Assembly: GCA_963674735.2 (NCBI GenBank)
Contig: CAXXQS010000002.1
Coordinates: 64,001 to 128,000 of the forward strand
DNA: 64,000 nt
Origin: Myxococcota bacterium
GTDB lineage: Bacteria > Myxococcota_A > SURF-8
Direction of reading: 5' to 3'
Shown: piece by piece, positions 49,618 to 58,841 of the stretch
How positions within the stretch are numbered: the first letter of the stretch is position 1
How the letters are laid out: each line of letters starts with the position of its first letter
Program-made: the position numbers and the translations under genes
Notes under the pieces: model-generated
Databases searched by the model: none
Seen by the model: the letters and a program-made list of their open reading frames with translations, nothing else
Told to the model about the DNA's origin: nothing

Positions 49618-50919
49618 ATGAAGATCGCGGCGTTTCTTATGGCCTTGACAATCGGTGTGCCACTGGGCGCCCTGTTTGTCCGCATGTCCCACCGTTGGGC
49701 GCGCGTGATCTTTTTCTTTATGGTACTGGTTCCGGCCCATTCCTTCAACATCAAATTCATGGCCATCGACACCTACCGCGGCGATGCACGCGGTTTCGAA
49801 GTGGATCTGGCGAACCTGCTGGCGCTGACTCTGATCGTCGGAATGGCGCTTGGCCGCCGCCGTTACGGCCGCCTGGTGTGGGTGCCCAAAGCGGCACGAC
49901 CCTTTTGGCTGTTCATCCTGATCGCCGTCATCTCCATCATCCAGTCGGAAATCCCCCTTTACGGAGTCTTCACCCTCTATCAAATCCTGTTGGGTTATCT
50001 GGCTTTCGTGGCGGCCTACAACTTCCTGCGATACCGCCCCGAAGAGATCCGGCTGGCGGTCACGGCACTGGCGGTCGCGGTGGTCGTACAGGCCTTGGAG
50101 GTGTTTTACGCCAAGTACCTGGGCGGCATCTATCGGGCGGTGGGAACCTTCTACCATCCCAACACCTTATCGCTCTACCTGGAACTGCTGGTGCCCATCC
50201 TGCTGGCGATGATCCTGCATCGCAAGACCAAGCTCAACGGGCTTTACTGGTTGGCGGTGGTGGGGGGATTGTTCGCCGTGATTTCCACCTTTTCGCGCGG
50301 CGGGCTGGCCGTTTTGGGCGGCGCGCTGGGACTGGTGCTGATGCTGTCGCTCTATCAGCGGGCCAGCGGACGCAAGGCCGCGCTTCTGGTGGTGCTGACG
50401 CTCGTGGGCTTGTTGGGCATGATCAAGGCCAGCGACACCATTATCCAGCGCTTCGAACTGGCTCCCGAATCCTCGGGGGAGGCGCGGAGCTATTTCAACG
50501 CCGCCGCGCAGGCCATCGCCAACAGCCATCCGGTGGGTTGCGGCCTCAACCACTATTCACACACGATCGGGAAACCCGAATACCAACCGTATTTCGAACG
50601 CGGCGCCGACCGATCGGGCGTGTGTCATCACATCTACTGGCTGACGGCGGCCGAAACCGGCTACGTGGGGCTGGCGGCGTTTCTCCTGTTTCTGGCCAGT
50701 TTCTATCGGGTGGCCTGGCGGCTGACCCGGGCGCGTCCCCCCAGCGATTTCAACGCCCTGGGCATGGGTATTCTGGCGGGTCTGACCGCTTTGCACCTGC
50801 ATGGTTTTTTGGAATGGATTCTGCGCCAAGGCCCTATCTGGTTGATCTTTTTCACCATCAGCGGCCTGCTGCTGGCGGCGGAGGAACACGAAAAGAAACG
50901 GAAGCAAGCGCTTCGTTAA
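49618..50919 (+). CDS. Wzy polymerase / O-antigen ligase family protein
   Basis: GTFYHPN, TFSRGG, HPVGCGLN, HHIYWLTAAETG; many TMs. Confidence 0.88.
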   Translation: MKIAAFLMALTIGVPLGALFVRMSHRWARVIFFFMVLVPAHSFNIKFMAIDTYRGDARGFEVDLANLLALTLIVGMALGRRRYGRLVWVPKAARPFWLFILIAVISIIQSEIPLYGVFTLYQILLGYLAFVAAYNFLRYRPEEIRLAVTALAVAVVVQALEVFYAKYLGGIYRAVGTFYHPNTLSLYLELLVPILLAMILHRKTKLNGLYWLAVVGGLFAVISTFSRGGLAVLGGALGLVLMLSLYQRASGRKAALLVVLTLVGLLGMIKASDTIIQRFELAPESSGEARSYFNAAAQAIANSHPVGCGLNHYSHTIGKPEYQPYFERGADRSGVCHHIYWLTAAETGYVGLAAFLLFLASFYRVAWRLTRARPPSDFNALGMGILAGLTALHLHGFLEWILRQGPIWLIFFTISGLLLAAEEHEKKRKQALR

Positions 50920-50926
50920 TTCCCCC

Positions 50927-52072
50927 TCACTCAGGCAAGAAAAAGTCGGCGCGAAGGGCGGCGTGGTCCGAATCGCCCAGGTAGATCTGGCCATCCTTGA
51001 CGACCTGCGCACTTCCGGCGATATACGCACCGCCCGCCTGTTGTCCCCAGAAAAGATGATCGATCGCCTGCGGATCTCCGCGATACGAATACGTCGCGTC
51101 CCGATCCTGGGTGAGTTCGTCGGCCACCCGCTTGAGAGCATCACCGGTTTCGAGCGCAGCGAGAGGCGGCGAGCCGGGGGTGTCGTTGAGATCGCCTCCC
51201 ATCACCACCAACGCATGAGGATAACGCCCGGCCACCGCGCTGACGATGCGGTAGGCACCTTGCGCTTCGGCCAGCCGCTGGGCGGGATCGTCGCTGGCTT
51301 TGCTTTTGAAATGCGCCGGGAAAACGATCACGCGCGTGCCGTCGAAATCGAGGTGGACTTCGGGAAACTCACGCAGAAAAGTAGTCGATCCGCCGCCGGA
51401 CAACGGCAGGCTTTCATCCCCGTGATCGATGACCGAAACCAGCTCACCGCCGCTTAAAACGGCCACGTCGAGCGACGCATCGTAGCCGGTTTCGCCGAGC
51501 ACCACCACCGGGTAACGCGGTTCGAGCCAATTGGACAGATCCTCGGCGCAACCGCGCGTCTCGATCTCCTGCAGCAGCATGATATCCGCGTTGATTATCG
51601 ATAGAGCCCCGGAAATCGCCGTGAGTCGGTCGTTGTATGCGGCGGCGCTGACCAGCGGCTCCCATTCGTCCTCGCCGCAATGGCCGCTGTCGCAGGTGGT
51701 ATTGAAAAAGCGCTTCACGTTGTAGGTTCCGATACGGATGCGTTTTTGTTCGCCATCTTGATCGCCATCGGGAACATCACCGTCGGGATCGTCGCCGTCG
51801 GGATCGTCGCCATCGGGATTATCGCCATCGGGGCTGTCGCCGTCGGGATTATCGCCGTCGGGATTATCGCCATCGGGGCTGTCGCCGTCACCGGGTAACC
51901 ACCAATCGAAATCGGAGTCGCCATCGGGAACGCTCTCGTCCAGATCGCTCTCCTGATCGCCATCGTCCCGATCCCGATCGTCGTCCTCGACGGTCGCGCT
52001 TTGTTCACACCCGCTCGAAAAAACGGCAAACAGAAGAAGTAGAGACAAAATTCGAATGAGTCGCGCTTGCAT
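50927..52072 (-). CDS. Endonuclease/exonuclease/phosphatase family lipoprotein with acidic PDGD repeat linker
   Basis: Lipobox SSGC; TYNV, LQEIE, HFKSK, GDLND, IDH, SDH; ATG 52072 with GGAGG. Confidence 0.9.
   Translation of the reverse strand: MQARLIRILSLLLLFAVFSSGCEQSATVEDDDRDRDDGDQESDLDESVPDGDSDFDWWLPGDGDSPDGDNPDGDNPDGDSPDGDNPDGDDPDGDDPDGDVPDGDQDGEQKRIRIGTYNVKRFFNTTCDSGHCGEDEWEPLVSAAAYNDRLTAISGALSIINADIMLLQEIETRGCAEDLSNWLEPRYPVVVLGETGYDASLDVAVLSGGELVSVIDHGDESLPLSGGGSTTFLREFPEVHLDFDGTRVIVFPAHFKSKASDDPAQRLAEAQGAYRIVSAVAGRYPHALVVMGGDLNDTPGSPPLAALETGDALKRVADELTQDRDATYSYRGDPQAIDHLFWGQQAGGAYIAGSAQVVKDGQIYLGDSDHAALRADFFLPE
51761..51890 (-). repeat. Coding 15-bp tandem repeat (8 x PDGD[N/S/D/V/Q])
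   Basis: Units of TCGCC[AG]TCGGG plus 4 nt inside the 50927-52072 CDS. Confidence 0.9.
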
Positions 52073-52342
52073 CAATCCTCCACTAGTATCACTTGAACCG
52101 CAGCTTCTCCGACCTTTCGCAGGAAGGTCCGGGAACCGCAAGGTATGCCGGAATACGTCGCGCCCCCGCAAGGGGTATGACGTATTTTAGCACACGCGTC
52201 AACCCGAAACCATGGCTTTCATGGAGCTGAAAAACGACGCCGAAACGGCGACACGCGTCAGCCGATCGGCCCTCGGTGCCGGATAAAGACACGGAATCCA
52301 CGGCCGGACAAGCGTAAAATCGTATCCCTATGGTCTGGAAGC

Positions 52343-52800
52343 ACGTGTTATCACAGGATAAACTTCCTGTTTGCAGGTCGTTTTCCGGCAGCCTTTCGAG
52401 GTCGAAACGCCGAAACGGGAAAAGGCCTGTGATATCAACGAACTAAGGGTGCCACATTGAAATATCTTTTATATATTATATTTAGTATATTATATAGAAT
52501 CGATTATACGACCGCTTTCGCTCGTGCGTTCACGGGAATTTAAGTTCCCGGCGCTTGTGGCTACAGCCGTCTATGCACCCGGAATAACAAACTATTTTAT
52601 GCAGGCCGGCTCGCGCCTGCCGCCGTTTGCAGCAAAGGCGCTTTCGTCCTCGGCCAGTTTATGCCGCGAACAGGTGTGACGTATTACGGCAAACCCGGAA
52701 AGTCGGTAGGAAATCGACCTGACCCCCCGATTTGACGCCGAAAAACGTAATGATTTCAACAAAGGCATCTGAAAGCGACGAAAAACGGCCGAAATGGACC
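52343..52800. repeat. Dispersed roughly 450-bp non-coding element, copy B
   Basis: Same orientation and block spacing as 9835-10290. Confidence 0.85.
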
Positions 52801-53086
52801 GTTTTCAGGTCGATGGCGCATGATTGATTCAATGTTTCCCGCTCGTCAGAATTCGCCTTTCGGTGATTTCCGGTGGCTGGCCGGATCGCCTCCCGCCGGA
52901 GGCGAAGTAGCCAGCACACCCGCCGAAACGTGAAGGCGGACCCGTATTCCGATAGGAAAATGGCATCTGTCCCATATCGTCCGCCCCCGTTTCATCGACC
53001 GGGAATCGCCACAAATTCGGTTGACAAAGTCGGGACTCCGAAGCGAGAATGGGCCCTCATTTTCACGAATCTCAGGAGGAATCACA

Positions 53087-53632
53087 ATGCGGCGCACACT
53101 CTCATGGCTTATCATCCTCAGCGGACTTTTTCTTCTACAGGCCTGCGGCTCGGATAGCAGCGACACAACCGACGGCGATTCGCCTGATGGCGATTCGGGC
53201 GACAACCCCCTGATTACGGGTGAGGCTTACCTGTCATTCAAAGCCGACGGGGCCGACGTTTCCTTCGGGCCGGACGATTTCGACGTACACTACTATCCGG
53301 AAAGGGACGAAACCAATCTGATCGGACCGGATGGCGGAAGTGCTTTCATGCTGACCTTCCCAGGCGCTGCTGCCGACTCGTTCACTGAAGCCGACGTTTT
53401 TCTGACCTACGATATCGACCCCGCGCAGGGTTTCCCCTGGGGCTATGTGGCTGGCAGCGCCTATGACGGCAGCAGTCTGGATCTGACGATCACGGCTTAC
53501 GGCGAAGAAGACGATTGGATCACCGGAACCTTTTCCGGAACCTTTGTCGAAATGCACGATTCGGATGCCACCGGAAACAGCCTTTCCGTGACGGAAGGCG
53601 AATTCGCGCTTCTGCGCGGCAACGATCGTTGA
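53087..53632 (+). CDS. Hypothetical acidic lipoprotein with DGD linker
   Basis: AGGAGG RBS; lipobox LQAC; TDGDSPDGDSGD; ITGTFSG beta-rich domain. Confidence 0.8.
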   Translation: MRRTLSWLIILSGLFLLQACGSDSSDTTDGDSPDGDSGDNPLITGEAYLSFKADGADVSFGPDDFDVHYYPERDETNLIGPDGGSAFMLTFPGAAADSFTEADVFLTYDIDPAQGFPWGYVAGSAYDGSSLDLTITAYGEEDDWITGTFSGTFVEMHDSDATGNSLSVTEGEFALLRGNDR

Positions 53633-53825
53633 GTCGGCGTTTACGGGTTAGACCGCAGGGCACCACCGTGTCTCCGACCGTCGGGCCTGTCGGGTGAAAA
53701 ATCACCCGGCTCACCCACTCACCGTGTCCAAAACTAGCCTGCGAGAGGGAACCGCGCCGCGCTGCTTTATCCGGCTTTAAAAAAACGCCATTCAACCGGA
53801 AGCGATAGTTACAGATGGAGCGACC

Positions 53826-54698
53826 GTGATGAAGATATCTCATGAGTGCCTGCCGTGTTTTTTGAATCAGGCGTTATCCACATCCAAACGGCTGGGGCTA
53901 GCACCGGACCTCATCCATACAGTGATGATGCGCACCGTAAAAGAGCTGCAAAACGTCGAATCGTATCCGGGAACCACGCATTTCGCCCGTCGCATTCAAG
54001 GCCTGTTGAAGGAAGCCGCCCACGCGACGGATCTTTTCGAAAAAGAGAAGAGGCAAGCCAACGAATGGATGCTGCGCCTGTTGGAGGAAGAAGCCGAGCA
54101 GCTCGCCCCCCGAGACATCTCCCAGGCCATTCGCCTGGCCGTGGCGGGAAACATCATCGATTTGGGCGCAAACCCCGACCTCGATTCGCAGGAGGTCTTG
54201 CGCATCATTCAGAATGTGAAACAGGCGTCTTTTCATATCGATCACAGCCGAAACCTGTTGACGGCCATCGCAAAGGCGCAGAACATTCTTTATGTCGGCG
54301 ACAACGCCGGTGAAATCGTTTTCGATAAAATCCTGGTGTCCATGATGCCGCCGGGAAAGGTGACATTCATGGTAAGAGGGGGACCGATTCTGAACGACGC
54401 CACGCGAGCCGACGCGGAATTCGTCGGCATGACGGATCTCGTTCCGGTGATCGATAGCGGTTCGGATCTGCCCGGGCTGCGCCTGGATGAATGCTCCGAA
54501 GCTTGTTCCGAAGCTTGGGCGCGCGCCGACCTCGTCATCGCCAAGGGGCAGGGAAATTTCGAATCCCTGTGCGAGGATTCAAGCGGCAAAACCGTCTTTT
54601 TCCTGTTCATGGCCAAATGTCGCAAGGTGGCCGACATGATCGGCGGCCAGGTCGGCGATTATAACATCTTGGATAAACGGGAAATCGTTCAGCGTTGA
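53826..54698 (+). CDS. DUF89/ARMT1-like damage-control phosphatase
   Basis: ECLPC, AGNIIDLG, DNAGE, ILNDAT, KGQGNFE, KC. Confidence 0.92.
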   Translation: MMKISHECLPCFLNQALSTSKRLGLAPDLIHTVMMRTVKELQNVESYPGTTHFARRIQGLLKEAAHATDLFEKEKRQANEWMLRLLEEEAEQLAPRDISQAIRLAVAGNIIDLGANPDLDSQEVLRIIQNVKQASFHIDHSRNLLTAIAKAQNILYVGDNAGEIVFDKILVSMMPPGKVTFMVRGGPILNDATRADAEFVGMTDLVPVIDSGSDLPGLRLDECSEACSEAWARADLVIAKGQGNFESLCEDSSGKTVFFLFMAKCRKVADMIGGQVGDYNILDKREIVQR

Positions 54699-55218
54699 CA
54701 CGCCGAGACAGACCTCCGAAAAGAGCCCTAACCGCCATCGCAACGGCTTGGTGTTTTCGGCAGTCCGGCGTGCCTGTCGAACCTGCCGGACGAATGTAGC
54801 GCCCACTGCCACCGTCACAAAAAACGGGCACCCGCCCGTCGGCAACAAAGCCAAAGCAGAGCGGGTGTCGGACAATTTAACCAAATTGGGATGTCTTGCC
54901 TCATCGGATGTGATCAGAGTCCTAACGCATTCGATATCGTCGTGTGCCTGTCGGCCACATGCGGTTTCAACGCATCGCTTGCAGCACTGACGGAGTTGGC
55001 AAAGTCGCTGGAGCTCCCGAGAAATGTGGGGGGGCTTCTTTCAGGCTCCGACCCTGTCACATATGGCGCGATCAATTCATGGTAGACGTCGATTTTGGCA
55101 TTGACGAAATCGATTTCAAAGCCTGTTTCGAGAGCAGAGGCCGAGTGTGCCTTATAGATCGTTCTGTATGTGAATCATCAATACAGAGCCCCCTTTCGCT
55201 GGGATATTCTCGAAAAGC

Positions 55219-55995
55219 TCAATCGGATTGCTGTTTTAGCAATGAATCGATTTTGCTCGCCGCCATTTTTCCGGACTCATATCCAAGCTGAAAGATATCG
55301 AGCATCTCGGTTGTTTGGAAAACGCCGTACCGCTCGATGCCCGGCGGAGTAATCAACAGGTCACAATACCGGCTCTTCTCATCCTGATCCGCATGGTATC
55401 GAAGATCCATGACCCGCTCGATGATGCCGCGGATCGATTCAAGATCTTCTCTGAATGCCTCGTGATGAGGATCGACGTTGACCCCGATGACGAAGTCGCA
55501 GTTTTGCCGCAAAGATTCAACCGGGAAGTTATCGATAATACCACCATCCATATACAACTCTCCTTCCCATTCGACCGGACTGAAAACAATGGGGAAGGCG
55601 GCGGAAGCGAGTACTATCGGCCAGAGCGGACCCGAGTCAAAGATCCTGAATTTCCCGCTGAGCATGGCGGTAACTCCGATATACAGGCGGTGCTGTAGAT
55701 CCTCAAAGGTGTCCACATGGACGAACTGCTTGATCGGTTCGATGTAATTAAGCGTGCTGAAAAACGAAGGTTCTCCCAGCGCCACATTTCGGATACTGAG
55801 GGGGTCCGTTTCCGTCCAGAAATCGAGCATTTCCTTCGTGCTGCAACCGGCAGCGGCCATCACGCCGACAAGACCTCCCGCACTAACACCGCTGAAAGCC
55901 TCGACCTCAATGCCCCGTTCTCGCAATGCCTGGATAACGCCGATATGCGCCAATCCCCTCACGCCCCCACCGGACATAGCCAAACCGATCCGCAT
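55219..55995 (-). CDS. Patatin-like phospholipase
   Basis: SGGGVRG, GVSAG, DGG; ATG 55995 with GGAGG. Confidence 0.93.
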   Translation of the reverse strand: MRIGLAMSGGGVRGLAHIGVIQALRERGIEVEAFSGVSAGGLVGVMAAAGCSTKEMLDFWTETDPLSIRNVALGEPSFFSTLNYIEPIKQFVHVDTFEDLQHRLYIGVTAMLSGKFRIFDSGPLWPIVLASAAFPIVFSPVEWEGELYMDGGIIDNFPVESLRQNCDFVIGVNVDPHHEAFREDLESIRGIIERVMDLRYHADQDEKSRYCDLLITPPGIERYGVFQTTEMLDIFQLGYESGKMAASKIDSLLKQQSD

Positions 55996-56120
55996 GTGCC
56001 ACCTCCGCTTTGTCACGAACCATTTGTAATCTTACAAACTTACGACCGAGCGTCAACACCGAAACGGCGTTTCAATTCTAAGCTTTTCACCGTTTTCCAC
56101 CTACTATAATTCGGCTTAGG

Positions 56121-56196
56121 GGGTGCCATGGGCCAAGCCTTTGGCTTGCCCATGCTGTTTTCACGGGCAAACCTGACGGTTTAGCCCGTGCCACCC
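56121..56196. repeat. Inverted pair of GGTG-type REP-like hairpins
   Basis: GGGTGCCATGGGCCAAGCC-ttt-GGCTTGCCCATG and inverted GGGTGGCACGGGCTAAACC-gtca-GGTTTGCCCGTG. Confidence 0.7.
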
Positions 56197-56486
56197 ATCA
56201 CCAATCGAAGATAATTCGAGACTCAATCAGAATTGAAACGCCCTACAACACCGAAACAGCACCGACCCAATGACCATCTTTCGCTCCCGCTTCTTTTTTC
56301 AATACCTGCTCGGTGTGATGCCTGCAAAAGAAAGAAGTCGATGCCCGCCAGGTTGATGCAGTCGGCGTTAGTCAGATGAAATAGTCAGGATCATCCCGTT
56401 TGATTCAAATATCCGTACAAGTTGTTTTTCACGCTTGGACTCATTCATATCCGCCATTTTCTCGGATCCAAATAACGATGAACAAT

Positions 56487-56721
56487 TGACCTGCTACCCT
56501 GAACCGAATCCAGTTTTTGAGTTAGATTTTTACTGGTTTGGCCTGCTCCCCATTTTACGGAGGATTTCTGCAACAGGAACACCACTTTCAACTTGCCTCA
56601 AGGCAAACGCAATCTGCTCCTCGCTGTATCGCTTCTTCTTCATCTTGTCTCCTTTCCTCATCGATCCAGTATACCGCAAATTATGTGAGTCGCACTGGAT
56701 CGGGATTCGGGGAGAAGACCA
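56487..56721 (-). mobile_element. Internally deleted IS3-family element (235 bp) retaining both ends
   Basis: Ends TGGTCTTCTCCCCGAATCCCGATCCAGT (minus strand from 56721) and TGACCTGCTACCCTGAACCGAATCCAGT (plus strand from 56487); contains the orfA start. Confidence 0.8.
56530..56643 (-). pseudogene. Truncated IS3 transposase OrfA
   Basis: AAGGAG RBS then MKKKRYSEEQIAFALRQVESGVPVAEILRKMGSRPNQ*, a typical IS3/IS407-group OrfA N-terminus. Confidence 0.85.
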
Positions 56722-56919
56722 CCTTCAATATTTCGCTTCAATCCACCCGATTTCATCTTCCATCAAACCGCCGAAGCCACCCGGATGAAGTTTTCGGGAC
56801 ACACGGGGAAAGTCCATCGAATTAATTCCAAGAAACAGAATTGAAACGCCCTGTATCGATGGATTTCCGGCTTGACCCCGGCGTGTTCTCATGCATAGTG
56901 GTGGAGATACCCGAGGAGA

Positions 56920-57909
56920 ATGAATGCAACGGACATCCATGCAACGAAGAACGCCGGAAGCCTGCGGGGCCGCTTCATGAGCGACGCCCCGACGACCGTC
57001 ATCATCAACGCATCCTGCCGCAGCCTGCGCAACGCGCGGGCCTACCGGCGAGTTGTTGCGCTGTTGGAGCGCGCTTTGCCCGACTGCCGCATCGAATCGA
57101 CCGCTGCAAGCGGCGATGCCGCCCGCCTGACACGCGCGGCGCTGCATAAGGGATCAGACCGTATCGTCGCTGTAGGAGGCGACGGCACGCTCGGCGAAGC
57201 CGTCGACGGCTTTTTCGAAGACGGTGTACCGATCGCACCCGATTCGGCTTTCTCGTATATCATGTGCGGGACGGGAAACGATTTCATGAAAACGCTCGGG
57301 GGCGCGCACGATGGGGATGCTTTCGTCGCCGCCATGGCAAAACCGCGCGAAAAGCAGATCGATGTCGGAAGGCTCACGTATGTCGATTTTCACGGCGCAA
57401 CCCGCAGCCGCCATTTTTTGAACATCGCGAGTTTCGGTATGAGCGGGGCAGTCGACCGGCAAGTCAACCGCATGCGCTTCAAGGGGCTGTTCGGCGGAAG
57501 GCTCACCTTTCTTCTGGCGACGGCGCGGGTGCTGCTCGGTTTCCGAAATCCGAGCGTGCGCTTTCTCGTAGACGGCATGGAGGCCGCCGAGCGGCGCATA
57601 CGGCTGGTCATCGTGGCGAACGGACGGTATGCCGGGGGCGGGATGCTGTTCGCTCCCGATGCTCTGCTCGACGACGGCCTGTTCGACGTCGTGACCTTCG
57701 GGGACCTTTCATCCACTCGTATTCTGCGCCACATGAATGATATTTACAAGGGTGAGCATCTCAACCACGAAGGAATCGAACATTTCCGCTGTAGGCGAGT
57801 CGATGCATTTTCGAACGAGGAGGTGCTGCTCGACGTGGATGGCGAAGCGCTGGGAAAGCTGCCCGCGAGCTTTGAAATCGTACCGAACGTACTTCGCGTG
57901 CTCTACTGA
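56920..57909 (+). CDS. Diacylglycerol/lipid kinase family protein (YegS/DagK-like; alternative start 56977)
   Basis: VGGDGTLGE, GTGNDF, NGRYAGGGM, DDGLFDV, DVDGE. Confidence 0.93.
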   Translation: MNATDIHATKNAGSLRGRFMSDAPTTVIINASCRSLRNARAYRRVVALLERALPDCRIESTAASGDAARLTRAALHKGSDRIVAVGGDGTLGEAVDGFFEDGVPIAPDSAFSYIMCGTGNDFMKTLGGAHDGDAFVAAMAKPREKQIDVGRLTYVDFHGATRSRHFLNIASFGMSGAVDRQVNRMRFKGLFGGRLTFLLATARVLLGFRNPSVRFLVDGMEAAERRIRLVIVANGRYAGGGMLFAPDALLDDGLFDVVTFGDLSSTRILRHMNDIYKGEHLNHEGIEHFRCRRVDAFSNEEVLLDVDGEALGKLPASFEIVPNVLRVLY

Positions 57910-57920
57910 AACTTATCCTT

Positions 57921-58838
57921 TTATCCGACAATTTCGAAATCACCTAAACAGGCCTCGCAGGCCGCGATTTCCTCCGCCGTCATAAAGCGGGTGAAGGGAA
58001 ATTCCAAGGGCTGGCCGAGCGACGCAGCCTTGTCCGGCCACGTGGGATTGTATGGCAGCAGGGCGACTCTCGAAAAGCCATGGCGCTTCAGCCAGTCGGC
58101 AATGCCTTTCAGATTCGCGGACGTTGCCGTCACCTCGGGTACGAGCGGGATCCGTGGCAACAGTTCAAGCACCCGGCTCTGCGAAATCTCCCACAGACGC
58201 AGTATATTCGCCAGAATCGTCTCGTTGCCTCGCCCGCAATACCGGCGGTGCTCGTCCGGATCGATCAGTTTAAGATCCACGTACACCGCGTCGAGCCAGG
58301 GCAGCATCAGGCGCTCGAATCGTTCGAAGTCGAAGCTTCCGCAGGTTTCGAGCAGGGTATGGATACCGGCCTCCTTACTCGCGCGGAGTAGCCGATTGCA
58401 GAACTCGGGGTACAAGGTCGCCTCTCCGCCGCTCAACGTCAGGCCGCCGCCGGAATTCGCAAAGAAAGGCCGATCGCGCACAAGCGTGGTCACAATATCA
58501 TCCACCGGGAGAGCGGCACCGTAGCGTTTCATCGACAGGGTGGGGCAGGCGTCCGAGCAGAGAAAGCAGCGTGTGCAGGCCGTGCGGTCGATGAAGCGAT
58601 CTTCGTCTGGACGGATGGCGCCTTCCGGGCACGCATTCAGGCAGGCCAGACAGCGGATGCAGGTCTGCGCGTCGTGCGCTAGTTCAGCCTGTGCGGATTT
58701 GGATTCAGGGTTGTGACACCAGGTGCAGGAAAGTGGGCAGCCCTTGAAAAACACGGTCGTGCGGATGCCGGGCCCGTCGTCCAGGCTGTTGCGTTTGACC
58801 GCCAGGATCAGAGGCGTCTTACCGGTTGCTCGATCCAT
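57921..58838 (-). CDS. Glycyl-radical enzyme activating enzyme with ferredoxin insert
   Basis: DGPGIRTTVFFKGCPLSCTWCHNPE; two CxxCxxCxxxC motifs; SGGE. Confidence 0.95.
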   Translation of the reverse strand: MDRATGKTPLILAVKRNSLDDGPGIRTTVFFKGCPLSCTWCHNPESKSAQAELAHDAQTCIRCLACLNACPEGAIRPDEDRFIDRTACTRCFLCSDACPTLSMKRYGAALPVDDIVTTLVRDRPFFANSGGGLTLSGGEATLYPEFCNRLLRASKEAGIHTLLETCGSFDFERFERLMLPWLDAVYVDLKLIDPDEHRRYCGRGNETILANILRLWEISQSRVLELLPRIPLVPEVTATSANLKGIADWLKRHGFSRVALLPYNPTWPDKAASLGQPLEFPFTRFMTAEEIAACEACLGDFEIVG

Positions 58839-58841
58839 CGT

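Noticed and set aside
51761-51890. Tandem repeat as CRISPR or iteron array
   Set aside because: In-frame coding repeat with synonymous variation and no spacers
10165-52692. Identical 20-mers as simple attL/attR of a 42.5-kb island
   Set aside because: Homology extends on both sides of the core in both copies, and there is no integrase or tRNA; kept only as a minor alternative
54700-55218. Short ORFs or possible IS remnant between the DUF89 and patatin genes
   Set aside because: No recognisable motif, RBS or terminal repeat
56066-56852. ATTGAAAC-containing repeats resembling CRISPR repeat ends
   Set aside because: Only three 14-17 bp copies in mixed orientation with irregular spacing, and no cas genes
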